A DNA stretch of 64,000 nt from positions 16,154,948-16,218,947 of the forward strand of contig NC_092673.1 in the NCBI RefSeq assembly GCF_964355755.1, in the 5' to 3' direction. Positions 1-15,000 of this stretch are shown here, one piece after another. The stretch is from Antedon mediterranea. Taxonomy: Eukaryota > Animalia > Echinodermata. The first letter of the stretch is position 1; each line of letters begins with the position of its first letter. The translations under genes and the position numbers were made by a program. The notes beneath the pieces are model-generated. The model did not search any database and had not been told where the DNA came from. It saw nothing but the letters and a program-made list of their open reading frames with translations.

Positions 1-35
1 TTTAAATTTGAATAGTAATTAATATTTTTCTTTAG

Positions 36-3000
36 CTTAAAACGCTGGCAAGTGAGAATGGTATTGCAGATGAAAAACAACAATCAATCCTTCTTAACTT
101 CCTGTATGATCTTGGTGAAATTGTTTACAGGCCTGACAACAAATTATTAAAAGATCAAGGAGTGTTAGATCCAATGAAGCTGGTTGAAATTTTCACGGCT
201 TTTGTAACAGTCATTCCACCAGAAGATCCAGTAAGTAGGCTCATAAAAATGTTAATGCAGTGTTGCTTGGGAAAATAATAGTACATGTGAATTCCTATAG
301 GCACTGTAGTATCAACAGCAATATTTATCCATGTTCTGGTGGGTTTTTTTTCAACATAATTCCTGCATCTCTTTTCAGATTCTAAATTGTTTGATAACTT
401 AATGAACACAAAATCATAACATGTATGGCTAATTGGCGGTGTTTTTTTTAGCTGCCCATTTTTAGGAAGGCTTTTGATAAACTTGACAGGGGCATACTGG
501 AAGAAGACTTGTTGCGTGAATTATGGAAAAAGCATAAAGTTGACGAAGGAAAGAATTTTGAGTTTCTTGTAGCACTGATGATTCAATTAGGTTTCATTTG
601 CGAGAGGGAGACAACCAGCAGCCAAGATGTGGCAAGTACATCTACAGTAGGTTTTGTTAAGTTATCTTTTCTAACAGGATTTGCATGGAAGATTATGATA
701 CATAATTAGTGAAATTGTATATAAAATTAAAAAGTATTTGTAGGGTTCAGACATATTTTGACTAAACTTTTTGCTGAAAGATGTTTTTAACATGTACAGA
801 AAATGATCTTTAGTTTTCTTATTAAAAGAAATCTAAATGACATTTTACAAATCCAACAATTTCAGGAATCTGTTGGAAAGCGATCATTCTTTGTGCCACT
901 ACGCCTTGCATTCAAGACATCAAGTGAAGTGAAACCAGTGTCTGATGATTCACAATCTATCAGTATCTATTACGACTTTAAGGGATATCTGCCAGATGTA
1001 TTGTTTCCATATATGATTATTGATTTCCTCAACAAATTTCAAATGAAAGGTGTTGACCCAATACTCTTGTATAATCATGCTGAACTTGACTTCAACCAAG
1101 ATCATCATGTGACCTTATATCTTGTCAAATTTGTGACTATGGACGATGAAAGAAAGTTCTTGTTAAAGGTACTGTATCATATAATTTGTTGTGAATAAGT
1201 TATGATTTAATAATAAAAACTTAAATTCAAATATCAAAACATCACTTTCCTTCTTTCTTTTTTAGGTGACTATTAAAAGAACTCTTGCTTGTAATGAAAC
1301 AAGTAATGATGAACCCTCTTCTAAAGCATGTAAAGAGGTTTGTTATTTCATATATCAATATTGAAAACTATATCATTTTTTATAGATGTTTTTGTTGATT
1401 TGTTTTTTTGTAATTATGACATAGTTTAAAATAACTTAAATATTTAAAATCATGTTTGTGTAGTTTACTTGATGCGTAATATAATTTGTAATTTTTATTG
1501 ATATACATTATTAATTGAATATTAAATTGATTATTGACAATTGATTTATAAAAACAATACATCTTTAACAAATAAATGATATAATCTTAATATTATATCA
1601 ATTTAAAATACAAACAACTGAAAGTACAGTTATCAAAACTAGTTATAAGTGATTTTTAATGAAATGTAGATTTTAAAATTTGTGCTATATTGTTTATGTG
1701 TTAATTGCATGTTTTTGGAAATTAACCTTCAATTTATATTGTTAGGTTTTGTTAACGATCCAGAAGTCATTTGAACCTTCTCAAGATGGTGGTAGAAGAG
1801 GGATTCAATATGAGAGATGCATACTTTGTGATGTATGTAGTGATATATCAGAACAGAAGCACATTCAAAATCTTGGTGATTTCCACGACGAGAAGTTGAA
1901 ATGCTCCAAAACTGGCATGATTATGAGCATGGATGTTACACGTTACAAGCGGCTATTTGAAGGTAAGAGTAACAAAACAGACAATTGTATTTTTATTACC
2001 CCTAACTATAGTAAACAGTGTGAAACAATTAGGCGTCATGTCCAAATGTTTCCAAATGTACAAACCGCGTCAAACGGTCACCGTTGATAGCTTGATCGTT
2101 TAAAGGGCCTTTCACACCTGTTCCGGCACGGTTCCGGTCCGGCGAGTCGAACGCCAATGTTTCGTTTTCACGACGCTCCACGCGGCCAAGCACCAATCGA
2201 TATGCGCGTAGCCACGTAAAAACGAAACATTGACGTTCGATTGGATTTGCCGTCGCCGGACCGGAACCGTGCCGGAGCAGGTGTGAAAGGCCCTTTACGC
2301 GTGCAACGATCGTAAAAGAGCTAATTAATTTATGCATTTAGTATTGTACCGCCCACCGCCCACTGTAATTGTTTAGCCGTTAGACGCGCGTTTAACGTTA
2401 AACGTTGTTTGTTTTACAATGTCTATGTGTCATCGCCTTTAGAAGCATAGACAATACACACAAACAATGTATTGTTCGCTAATTAAAATCCAATTTTTGT
2501 AGCCGCCCTACGCATCAGTTATCCTAATTTGGCCGGAAACATCAGCCAACGAGACCTCAGCTCACACAGAGAGAGTTCAGGCTAGCCTAGTTTCGGCGGC
2601 CTACACTATAAATTGGGAATTGGGTTCAATAGCGAATTATAAAAACAACGACACCTAGGCTACTAGGACGCCAACAAAATATATGCAAAATAAATATATA
2701 TTCCATGTTAAGATTTTCCAGTCATATGCCTTTTAAATGATTAAGATATTGTGTAAAGAAAAAGGCCCGACCAGAATTTGGAGTGGGAAAAACATGCGAG
2801 TGGATCGGAGTCTGGGAACAGTTTAGATATAAATAGAGGAAATCCAGGTACACGATCTTAATTACTGTTTTATTGTCGTCAGCACAGCATCCACCACCCT
2901 CTAATGGACGGCCACCGGCCGTACTGAGTTAAAAAATATCATGTTAGAGGTTGAGGTAAAACATCGAGTAGTATCGCGTTTCATGCCAAAAAACCCAGGT

Positions 3001-6000
3001 CTGTATTAATTACGGTCTTCTCTGTCGGCAATCTTTTTGAGCGACTTGAACTTTTTGATACCATAATTAGAATGAATGTTTTACCATCTTTTTTGTGGGC
3101 ATCGTTTCTGGATCAACGGATGTTCGATATATACGAAGATCGCATCCACAATTGATTTTTTTTCTTCTTCAAATTTGCAAAAAGTTTTATGTCACAAAAG
3201 TGTCTGGTTTTACAGTATTATATTATGGTAGTAAATTCTAACTTAGTTAACAAAAATACAGCGACGACAAAGCTCAAAAGCCTTCACATTCCTTGTTTAA
3301 TAAGTATAATAATAATTATTATTAATACAACTAGGCCCTTGTGCAACGGAAAAATAGCCAATGATTTATATTTATTTTCAAGAATATTTTACGAGGGTGG
3401 TCTATCCAGCCGAAGCTGATCAGGGACCCTCACAAAATTACAATATGACGAGACATATATAACAATAAAAATTTAATTAAAATAAATCAACAATGATAAT
3501 AACTGTTTTTTAAATACTTTAACTGTGCTGTGATGTCCTGTAAAAGTCGATTGTGATCTTTTGCCTGTCAAACGAACCAAGTAGCCTACGGTGACGTTTG
3601 AATCTATACGATTCAAAGACGGTAACGTTTGAATTTAAAGAATCAAGGACGGTAACATTTGGATTTATATGAATTAACATTCTGGATACAATACTTGTGG
3701 ATTTTATACCAATTGACTGAGGACAAGGAGGCCTAAAATGGTTTAAAGTATAAAACTATACGTATCTGCGTGTGCTGACTCGCCTTCAAATCACCCGCCA
3801 GTGTGCTAGTGACGTCACTCGTTGTAATACCACTCCTCAAGCCTAATTCTCGAGCGGCCGTGACCTAGCATCATAATGGCCAACAACTTACTATTGTACC
3901 TGTTTGTCATCGGTGCAACATTATCAATTCGGATTTTTATCGATCTGAGCTCATCGGAAATACACATACATCGAGATGTTAACTACAATACATTTATTAC
4001 AAAATGTATACCAAACAAGTCTTTTAAACACGGTCAAAGTAAGTTATACAGCATATTTGTATCTCAATTATTTACACCTGTCAATAACCGAACATCAAAG
4101 CAAAAAATAAAAACAACTAAAACGAAAGCCGACCGCTTTATTCTGTTTTTTGGTCTTATGCTAGCTGGCGATGTCCATCCATGCCCGGGGCCTACCGGAG
4201 CAAGAAAACCTAAGTGCCCATGTATAGTTTGTTCAAAAGGAATAATCAAAACCAGTCGAGCTATATCGTGTGATAATTGTGATCGTTGGTCGCACATAAA
4301 TTGCATAAACTTCCCGTTAAAGAAGTATACTGATCTATGTCATTCAGGGGAAGAATTTGCATATGAATGCCAAGAATGTGTATTTAAAAACCTACCGTTT
4401 AGCAACGCTGATGTTCACGATACTTCAAATGACCACCGCGATATCGATACATCAACTCTCACAAACGATTCGTGTGATGACCCCGATACATTGTTATCTG
4501 AAATCTTCAGATGCAAAGGTCTCCATTGTTTACACCTGAACACCAGAAGCCTTCTTCCAAAAATCGATGAAATTCGGTCTATTGCAAAAAAGACTGATGT
4601 ATCCTTAATAGCAATTAGTGAGTCCTGGCTGGATAAATCTGTAAATAACAGTGAAATAAGTATCGAAAATTATTCAATTGAAAGAAAAGATAGATGTACG
4701 AATAGTGTTGGAGGAGGCGTATGCCTCTATATACGAAATGATCTTACCTACAACGTGAGAGATGATCTCCAAAACGATGATATTGAATCTTTATGGATAA
4801 ATATATTATTACCTAAAACCAAACCTATTCTAATCGGAACCTGTTACCGACCTGAAAAGCAGCGATTGTTTTTTACCTCACTTGAGACAATCTGTGGAGA
4901 TATTTTACAAGGTCAAGAAGTTATTATTTTAGGTGACTTTAATGTAGATGTATCATCTAATAATTTAAGTAAAAATAAATGGGTGTCCCAATTTTGTATT
5001 ATGTTTAATCTCACCCAACTTATTAAGGACCCAACACGTATTACTTGCACTACCTCTACCATCATAGATCTTATTTTCTCATCCGAACCTCTTAACATTT
5101 TCCAATACGGAGTTATCCCTTACGGTGTCAGTGATCATTTTATAACTTACTGCACCAGAAAGATAGTTAAAATCCCGATTAAGAGGCATAAGACGATTAA
5201 AATACGATCTATGAAATCATACTCATCAGAACTACTTACTTCTAAATTAAATGAATTAGATTGGTCCGATATCACAAATTGCACAAATGTCTGCACTGCA
5301 TGGGACTGGTTCAAACTAAAAATGATGAATGCCATCAACCAAGTTGCTCCTTTAAAAGAAATAAGAATTAAACAACGTTCCAAACCATGGTTCACATCAG
5401 AAATTAGAGATCTGATCATTAAACGTGATAAATGCTTAGCTAAATTTAAGAGAACTCGTAATGAGCACATATTTACTGTCTTTAAAAAGTTAAGAAATTC
5501 TGTAAAATATAAAATAAAAAGAGCTAAGTCATCTTATTTTTCGGACAAACTAAATGAAAATAAAAATAACCCCAAAAAATTATGGAATGTTTTAACAAGT
5601 TTAGGTACCGGAACAGAAAATAAATCTGAAAACATTGCTCTAAAATGTGAAGATAAAATAATTTATGACAAAAGCTCGATTGCTGACTATTTAAATTCCT
5701 TTTTCATTAATACTCCTGAAAATTTTGTCAACAAACTCCCTCCTTCATCTAATACTTACAATGAAAACCACGTTAAACATTACTATGCAGATAAAAAAGG
5801 TGTATTTGCCTTTAAAGAAGTAAATGAACAAACCGTACTAACGATAATAAACAACTTAAATAGTAAGAAAGGTGCGGGTTTAGATTCCGTACCTGCCAGA
5901 TTTTCAAAGATGGGGCTCTGGCTATCTTGCATCCACTGAGCCATATTATAAATATATCTATTTCAACCGGTTATATCCCTTCTGATTGGAAATCTGCTAA

Positions 6001-9000
6001 GGTAGTGCCTATTTACAAAAAGAAAGATCGATTATATGCTGGAAACTATAGACCCGTTTCTATTCTATCTGCAGTGTCTAAAATTATAGAACGTATTATG
6101 TATAATCAATTAATGAGTTACTTAAACGACCAATCACTTCTTTATACCTATCAATCAGGTTTTAGACCTTCATTTTCTACAGAAACATGTCTAATACATC
6201 TATCGGATTCTGTTAGAAATGGATGGGATAAAGGGAAAATGACTGGTATGATAATAATTGACCTTCAAAAGGCGTTCGACACAGTAGACCACGACATATT
6301 ATTGTATAAATTAAAGGCCATGGGTTTTACTAGTCTATCTCTGTCATGGATGCAATCATACCTCCACGGTAGATCCCAGGTTGTTGACATAAAAGGTACT
6401 AAATCAACATTTCTTGACGTCAAATGTGGAGTACCCCAGGGATCTATTCTGGGTCCCTTACTATTTTTGCTATATGTCAACGACATGGAATCGGCCGTTG
6501 GTTGTGAGTTGTTGCTATATGCAGACGATGCAGCCCTTCTGGTCACAAATAAAGACCGAGAGTATATTGAAAACAGACTAAGTAATGAATTGCAAGCGTT
6601 GAATCTGTGGCTTTCTGACAATAGATTATCCCTTCATTTTGGTAAGACGGAGTCAATTTTATTTGGTACAAAAACCATGTGTAGAAAACAGTCAGAAATG
6701 AAAATTACCTGTAATAATAAAAACATAACTGCTAAATCTTCAATCACATACCTTGGAATTGATCTTGACCAGAACCTGACTGGTACAGCTACAGGTATGA
6801 AAGTAATCAATAAAATTCATTGTATACTTAAATTTCTTAATAGAAATAAAAAATATATTACTAAATATGCTCTTAAATTAATTGCATCTTCTCTGACACA
6901 ATGTCATTATGACTATGGGTGCTGTGTATGGTACTCGTGTACAAATAAATATATTAAAAATAGGCTACAGACGTCTCAAAACAAAATTATTAGATGCATT
7001 TCGAACCTAGGACCACGATCTCATATAGGTATACATGAGTTTGTAAACTTAAATTGGTTGCCAGTTGACCTAAGAGTACAAGTGAGGAAACTATGTATTA
7101 TGTATAAAATAATTAACAAAAGTGCTCCAACTTACCTGGATACAATTACCCTGACGAGACAACGTCACAATCACAATACAAGATTTGCTAGAGACAGCAT
7201 TTCGATCCAAATTCCAGTCATAGGAACTCACAACAGGTCAACTTTCTTAATAACAAGCATTCAGTTATGGAATTCACTCCCCTATTTTGTTCAAAGCTCC
7301 TCTTCATTACAATTATTTAAACAGAGATCAAAAAGTTATTTTTGTGAAATTTAATTTGCTATTTGTTTGTGTATTATGTTTAAGTTATTGTGGTTTTCCT
7401 TGTTTATTCTGTTATATTTGTTTAGGACCACAATGGAAATAAGTTTGCCGTCTCGGTACTTTTTGTGTTTTTATCCTATTGATTTTGTATCAGAATAAAG
7501 AAATATAAAAATATAATAAAAATATAACTTTATAAAGATAAACAAAATAAAATAAAGCACAAAAATAGAATCAAACATTAAATGAATTAAATTAATGATC
7601 AGTCATCTTTTCAACGATCTAAATAAGATTACCGACCGGCAGAATTTGAAGTAAAAACATGTGAGCGCTGTGAACAGGAGGAAAAAGGGGATATCGCGTG
7701 ACCAACATCTAGGTACTTGTTTACCTTTCTTATGTTATCGGCCTGCAATCTATGAGCGCGCGAACACCGACGGTCGGCCGAGCATTCACTGCTGCTATTT
7801 TTTTATCGATCGGCTACTGTAGTAGACGTTCGCTAATGCATTTAGAAGTGAGATGTGAATAGTTCACCGGTGGCGTGGCACATCGTGTTGCTTATTATAG
7901 GTGCTTAGTTCATCGTATGAACTTCCTAATGTTATTTTCAGTCGGCTATGTAAAAGAAAGCGACTAAAAAACAATCCAGGCCCCTGTTTATTATTAATAT
8001 TAAATTATTTATTGAGGTTACGAACTTATAAACATTTTAGAATGATGTTTGAGATCGGCACCCCTGGAATACAATTCAGCTACAAACTCTCTAATTAAAA
8101 GGCAAACTGAAACGGGAATTGTTTGGGCCTGTTTGTGATGACTCATCGTTAAACGACGTTCACGAAGCGATTCGCAACGACGTTAAACGATTCATAAAAA
8201 TCAGTCAAGCATGTTAGTGGGCGGAACTATTACAAGCTATGCATATTGTCCATTTTCCAAACGGTCTGACGATTTTAGAATTTTCACGCTAACGCTAAAA
8301 CAAAAGAAAACGCGATTAACGCGCTTTGTCAGTTTGAAAACATTTGGACATGACGCCTTAGAGAGTCAGTCAGAAACTGCTAAACAAGATTATGATAACT
8401 TATGCTCCAAATGTACAATAATATACAAATAATGAATGTTTATGAGTTGGACGGTGAAAATATTTCATGAGTTGAAAAATTGAATGCTCTAATTTTAACG
8501 AGGCAGAGCCGAAATACAAAACATTTATTTTATTCAATTTATTGATCGTTAATCATTGACAAATGCTAGGCCATGAAGCTAGGCCATTCAAAAAGACAGT
8601 GCTCCAAATTTGAACACGGAGTAGAACATTTATAGACGGTGCTCAGAACAAGTTGATTTTCAAATCAGCCAACAATAATTCCATTCAGCAAATAGAAAAC
8701 ATATTTAATTTTAAGAAAAATGTTAAATCACATTTCTGTTCAACCAAATAACTATATAATAGTAGAGGCTATATATGGTTTGACCTTGAAAAAATTCTAA
8801 TAAAAGGTCTTTTGGTATTTTCTTGTAGCTTTAGGTGTCAATAATTACCAAAAAATTTTTGCAGCCTTCTAGTTGCTGCGTTAGTGAGATATTGAGGGTC
8901 AAAGGTCAGTCACCTTTTTGTGGCATTTGATGGCTCATAACTCCTCAACTCCTGGGTTTAAAAAGACAAATGTGGTTTCTACATCTATGTTTTAGTGGTC

Positions 9001-12000
9001 AAACAACAAAATAAAGTTTTTGCAAATTTTGGGTTACTTGTGCCATTGGTCAGATAGTCGGGTCAAAGGTCATTGACCTTTATTCATTAATAACTACTGC
9101 TAGTGTAGGACCTGAGTAAGATTTGTATGCATTCAGTTTAGGAGAGAATATCTCAACTGTTATAGGATAATTTGACCCCAAGGAACAACATGGGATATGT
9201 GTCAAATTCGTTATCTGGGGCGAACATGCCCAAAATCGGGGTCAAAGGTTAGAAATGTGTGGTTCTTATATCTCGAAAACCACTTGTCATACAGATTTGC
9301 TTTTGGTGTCAAATTGTTCAGAATATACATATTTATATTCGGTCTAACACAACTTTTACCCCAAAAAATGACCGGAAATGCTTTTACTGACCTTTGACCA
9401 AAAAACACATTTTCGGGTTAAATATTTAAAATGTCAATGGACACACTGTATGGTATCAAATGAAAGCATATATACAATATGCTACCCATTGCTACCCAAC
9501 TTGTATTTAATTATGTGATGTTAATTTTGGAAAATATGCATATTTTATTAAATTTAGACAAAAATGAGTATAAATTAATGTAAGTTTATTTCAGGTGAAA
9601 TAATTCTAGCGTTGTAATGAAATATTTGGTATAAAAAAGAAAAGACTTAGTTGTAGTTTATTAAGTTCTTTATTTGGTAGAACAAAAAAATTGGCATTGC
9701 AGTAATCTAACCGTGATGTTATTAGTGCATGGACAAGTTTAATAAGCGAGGAGTGTGTTTGCGAATTGATCTTATGTTACGAAGGTGGTACAGTAGGTAT
9801 CAGATTTACTAATGTTGTTGATATGTCTGGACATAATCGTTGCTGAGTCAAATACAACTCCGATATATCTAACCTCCAACGATGATGTGATTGATGTTTC
9901 TAGCAATGGCCAATTTCTTGAAGTGTTTTGAATGAAGAAATAAGATTTCTGTTTTACCAGGTTTAAAAAGAGCATGTTTTTAGTTAGCCAATCCTGAACA
10001 TCAACAACACAAGCTTCGATAACCGATTTTGCCTCATTAAACTCTGCTGGATTAAAGCTGATGTACAGTTGTGTATCATCTGCGTACACATGATATTGGA
10101 CACAATGTCTCTTAATGATATCACTCATGGGCGAGATGTAAACTAAAAACAATACTGGACCAAGTATTGATCCTTGAGGAACATTTCAGGTCGATAGAGG
10201 TAGATTTGACATTACCAATCCGGACCTGCTGCTTCCTAGAAGACAAATATGACTTGAACCAATTTAGAGCAGATCCACATATACCAATAGACGAGATCAG
10301 TCTTGCAATAAGAATGGAATAATCCATGGTATCAGAAGCTGCCGACAGGTCGAGGTACACAGAAAAAAGACAATTACCTTAATATTCAGAGTTAAAATAA
10401 TATCATTATGCACCTTGAGAATGGCTGACTCTGTACTGTGGTGCTTTCTATATGCTGATTGAAGAGGGTCGAACAGATTATTGTCGTCAAGAAAATGTAT
10501 GAGATCTAAAGCAACGCATTTCTCAAGGATCAATTAGATAAAAAAGCGACATTAGAAATAGATCGAAAATTTGCCATGCAAGTATGATCCAGTGAAGGTT
10601 TCTTTAAAATAAATGTAACTAGACCCAACTTCAAATAATCAGGAAAGGTCGTACCAGTTGATAAAGATAAATTAATAATAATTCTAAATACTGAAGTCAA
10701 TTATGCACATTTTCCATAAAGTTATATTCCTAATTAAAAATTTCAATACAAGTTGGGTAGCAATGGGTAGCATATTGTATATGCTTCCATTTTATACCAT
10801 ACAGTGTGTCCATTGACATTTTAAAGAATAATTTAACCAGAAAATGTGTTTTTTTGGTCATTTTTTTGATCAACCAGCATCGGCCAACAGCTTAAGATGG
10901 CCAGCATGGCAACTTGTCAAACAACTCTCAGGGAAGAGATCTCAAAGTGCCTGCATCATGGGAGAGGATCGTCTTCTAGCATGGAAAACTCACTTCCACA
11001 AACTACTATCGGTGGAGACTTCAGTGGTAGATGACATGGATATCGTCAAAATCTTCAACTTAACCACCAGATAAGCTCCGAGAGGTTCTCCGAGGCTGAG
11101 GTGTCAATTGCCTGCAAACAGATGAAATCTGGCAAAGCACCTGGTATTGAAGGTCTTCCCATCGAAATATGGAAATTACCTGGCACCCAGAAAGCTCTCA
11201 CTTCTTTCTGCAATCAAATTCTTGATGGAAACAGGCCATCAGAATGGGGAATTTGGTTCATATCCCGAAAAAAGGTGATCTTTCAAAACCAGATAACTAC
11301 AGGGGTATTTCATTATCACAATTGGCTGCAAAGATCTACAATCGCCTGATTTTAAATAGGATACGTCCTGTGATTAATGAAGTTTTACGCCCCAACCAGA
11401 ATGGCTTTCGTCAGGCACGATCAACAACTACGCACATTCTTGCACTGAGGAGAATTGTTGAAGAGGTTAAGAACCATCACAAAGAGGCAGTCATTATCTT
11501 TATTGACTTTCGCAAAGCCTTCGATTCCATCAATCGCAACATCATTATGAAGATCCTCTTAGCATACGGCATCCCTCATAAAATTGTAGAAGCCATCAGA
11601 GTAATGTATATCAAATACATCAGCAGTTGTCCTGACTCCAGATGGTGAGACTGATTGCTTCAACATCGACTCTGGCGTAGTTCAAGGAGACCCTCTTGCT
11701 CCATTCTTGTTTATTGTCTGCCTTGACTATGTAGTGCGATCAGCAACTACATCATCAGACGGTCTCACCCTCCGCCGTAGTAGAAGACATCCAGCTGAAG
11801 TACTACCAGACCTGGACTTTGCCGATGACATCGCCATTCTTGAAGATTCCATACATGCTGCCGAAAATCTACTACACAGAATTCAACAAGCCACACAAGC
11901 TATAGGTTTATACTTAAATATCAAGAAGACCCAATTCATACATTTAAACCCCTCATCACCTTCTATAACTCTCGCACTGGATGGATCAGCAATAGAACAA

Positions 12001-15000
12001 GTAGAGGATTTCAAGTACCTCGGAAGCTACTGTTCATCCACTAACCATGATGTCGAAGCAAGACTTGGTCAGGCATGGGGTGCGCTGAACAGTCTTTCAA
12101 AAATATGGGCATCTCGTATCAACAAGTCCACAAAAATCCGCCTCTTTAAGTCAACAGTTGAAGCCATTCTTCTTTACGGCTGTGAGACATGGAGTCTTAC
12201 TTCATCACTCTCAAAATCATTGGATGGAGCATACACCCGCATGCTGAGGAAAGTCCAAAACATCCCATGGTCCTCACACGCCACCAACAAGACACTATAT
12301 GCCAACCTTCCCCGTCTTACGACCATCATTCAAAGACGTCGCATGGGCCTTGCCGGTCATGTTATGAGAAGCTCTGAGCCTGCCTCAAGAGTTCTCCTTT
12401 GGGAACCAGAAGAGAAAAGGAAAGTGGGAAGACCTCAACTGACTTCGCTCGACATTCTGTTGAAAGATACCAAACTAGACCTGAGTGAACTGAGAAAGAG
12501 CATGCTTGATAGAGATGTGTGGAGACAAATTATCATGGCACCCACTTAATAGTGGGATGACATTAAGTAAGTAAGTTTGGTCAAAGGTCAGTAAAAGCAT
12601 TTCCGGTCATTTTTTGGGGTAAACGTTGTGTTAGACTGAATATAAATATGTATTTTCTGAACAATTTGACACCAAAAGCAAATCTGTATGATTTGGTTGT
12701 CGAGATATAAGAACCACACATGTCTAACCTTTGACCCCGATTTTGGGCATGTTCGCCCCCCCCCCCCACCCCTGATAACGAATTTGGCACATATCCCATG
12801 TTGTTCCTTGGGGTCTAATTATCCTATAACAGTTGAGATATTCTCTCCTAAATTGAATGCATACAAATCTTACCCAGGTCCTAAACTAGTAGTAGTTATT
12901 AATGAATGAAGGTCAATGACCTTTGACCCGACTATCTGACCAATGGCACAAGTAACCCGAAATTTGCAAAAACTTTATTTTGTTGTTTGACCACTAAAAC
13001 ATAGATGTAGACACCACAGTTGTCTTTTTAAACCCAGGAATTGAGGAGTTATGAGCCATCAAATGCCACAAAAAGGTCACTGACCTTTGACCCTCAATAT
13101 CTCACTAACGCAGCAACTAGAAGGCTGCAAAAATTTTTTGGTATTTATTCACACCTAAAGCTACAAGAAAATACCAAAAGACCTTTTATTAGAATTTTTT
13201 CAAGGTTACATAGGATAAATGTCACATATAGCCTGTACTATAAGTCAATCATAGTCTTTTAATTTAACTTGTTTTGTTATATTATTGTTTTTGTTATATT
13301 TACGTGTTTAATGCAATACAGTACTTAGTAATTTTTATATTTTTTATTTTAGATTGTAAAAGGATCCCAATGGAAATAAGCTAATAAGCTTTTTGGGCTA
13401 TCCTGGAAAATCTTTTATAAATGTATTATTTTTAATGTCCGTAATGTATGTTATCACTTTGTATATGTATTTTTTATGATGATTTTCCTAATAAATTCAA
13501 ATCAAATGTCGCGTTGCAAAAATTCTCAAATTGTTTGCAAAGAACTGAAAGTGCGTTAAAGCATCGTTTGGAATTAGCCCTAACTAACTTGTTTATAAAA
13601 TAAATTGTTGCATTCATGACTGTGTTTGAATTTGATATGAATTTGAGTATCTATTGAATATATTGTTATGTTTTTCAGTAAATACAAATGTTGCTGGAAC
13701 ATCAAGTTCAAACCAAGGTATGTTATGTCTTTTATTATTATTATAATGAAGTAAGTCAATTAAGACAGAAAAGGATTTTGTGTTATAACCAATTGCATAA
13801 TATATGGCCATGCTATATGTAGCATGTTTAAATAGTACATGCTTATAAAATAAAGGAAGAGCATATCTTTTTGAAAATAGACGTCATCTCATTTTGATCA
13901 TTTTAAACAGTGGTAAAGAAGCCAAACAATTAATGATAAAATCATTACTTTCTCTAAAATTATTTTAACACAAAAACATGATATTGATAATTAAGATAAT
14001 GTAATGAGTGTAAGTAGGTTTACTGTAGTTTTTTAATTAATATATTAATTATATATACAGTAAATATAAAATTATTATAGTGTTTCATTTATTTATATTC
14101 TTAAAACAATGATTATGATTTTACCAATAATTCAATAATAATTATACTATTGGCTAGAGCTATCTATCTGACGTTTTCAAGACTGATTTAGGGATTGTTC
14201 TTTTTTTTGATGACCACCAGAATCTCGCACACAAAAACAGCAGCTTCAGTTAATGCAGCTATAAACATTTTTTTATAGCAATTATATAACAAAACTGCTT
14301 ATAATTATTGACTGCTTTTTCATCGTTCAGTATATTTATATCTCTCGCCTCGTGATCCAAACGGAAGCCACATGGCCGTGTGCTGAATACGTAATTGAAA
14401 AGTTTCGTTGTATTCAAACGTTGAGAGCGCTACTCCATGTTGATCACATAATGTTCATTATTCACTTGACCATTTATTAAAATAGTATTTTTTGCAACCT
14501 TACTAAACTAGGCCTGGGCCTAAATGATAAAAGATCGGTCGGGTTGCAGAAAAATAGTTAACATGGCTGTTAAATTTTAGTGATGGTGGGGGCTAAAGCC
14601 CGTCTAAATTTAAATATAAGAGAGTGTTAAATGATACATGATGATGAAACTGACTGGAAATCATTCTTATGGTTTAACCATCACATTTAATCAATTCAAT
14701 TCAATTCAAGAAACATTTATTGACCAAAAATATTATATCATAACAATGGCATATAATATATATAGTCGAGAGACTACAAAAGGCCCAATGGGCCTGTCGC
14801 TGTAGTCCCTCTTTACATTATACAAATAACAATAATACAACACTTAATCTTACACAGGTGTGCCTTCTGGTACAGATACAGCTTCTGGTGCAGGTGCAGA
14901 TTCAGGAGATACCATTCTACAAGGTAAAAACATACAAAACTGGTATTATTGAAATTTAGATGTTTAAATAAAATTTTAAAATAAATTATGTCATAAATTT

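Larger units (their letters stand above)
2032..8357. mobile_element. Non-autonomous PIF/Harbinger-like DNA transposon hosting nested insertions
   Basis: TIRs GGCGTCATGTCCAAATGTTTCCAAA / TTTGAAAACATTTGGACATGACGCC; TTA on both flanks (2029-2031, 8358-8360). Confidence 0.75.
8760..13240. mobile_element. Non-autonomous foldback DNA transposon with ~800-bp inverted arms, Academ-like
   Basis: Termini TAGTAGAGGCTATAT / ATATAGCCTGTACTA with TAA on both flanks. Left arm 8784-9560 is the reverse complement of 12576-13205 plus ~10700-10860. TAG termini, 3-bp TSD and long TIRs fit Academ. Confidence 0.75.

Noticed and set aside
9197-13262. Short ORFs in the foldback arms (9197-9408, 12581-13262)
   Set aside because: Mirror-image chance ORFs within inverted repeats, with no recognisable domain.
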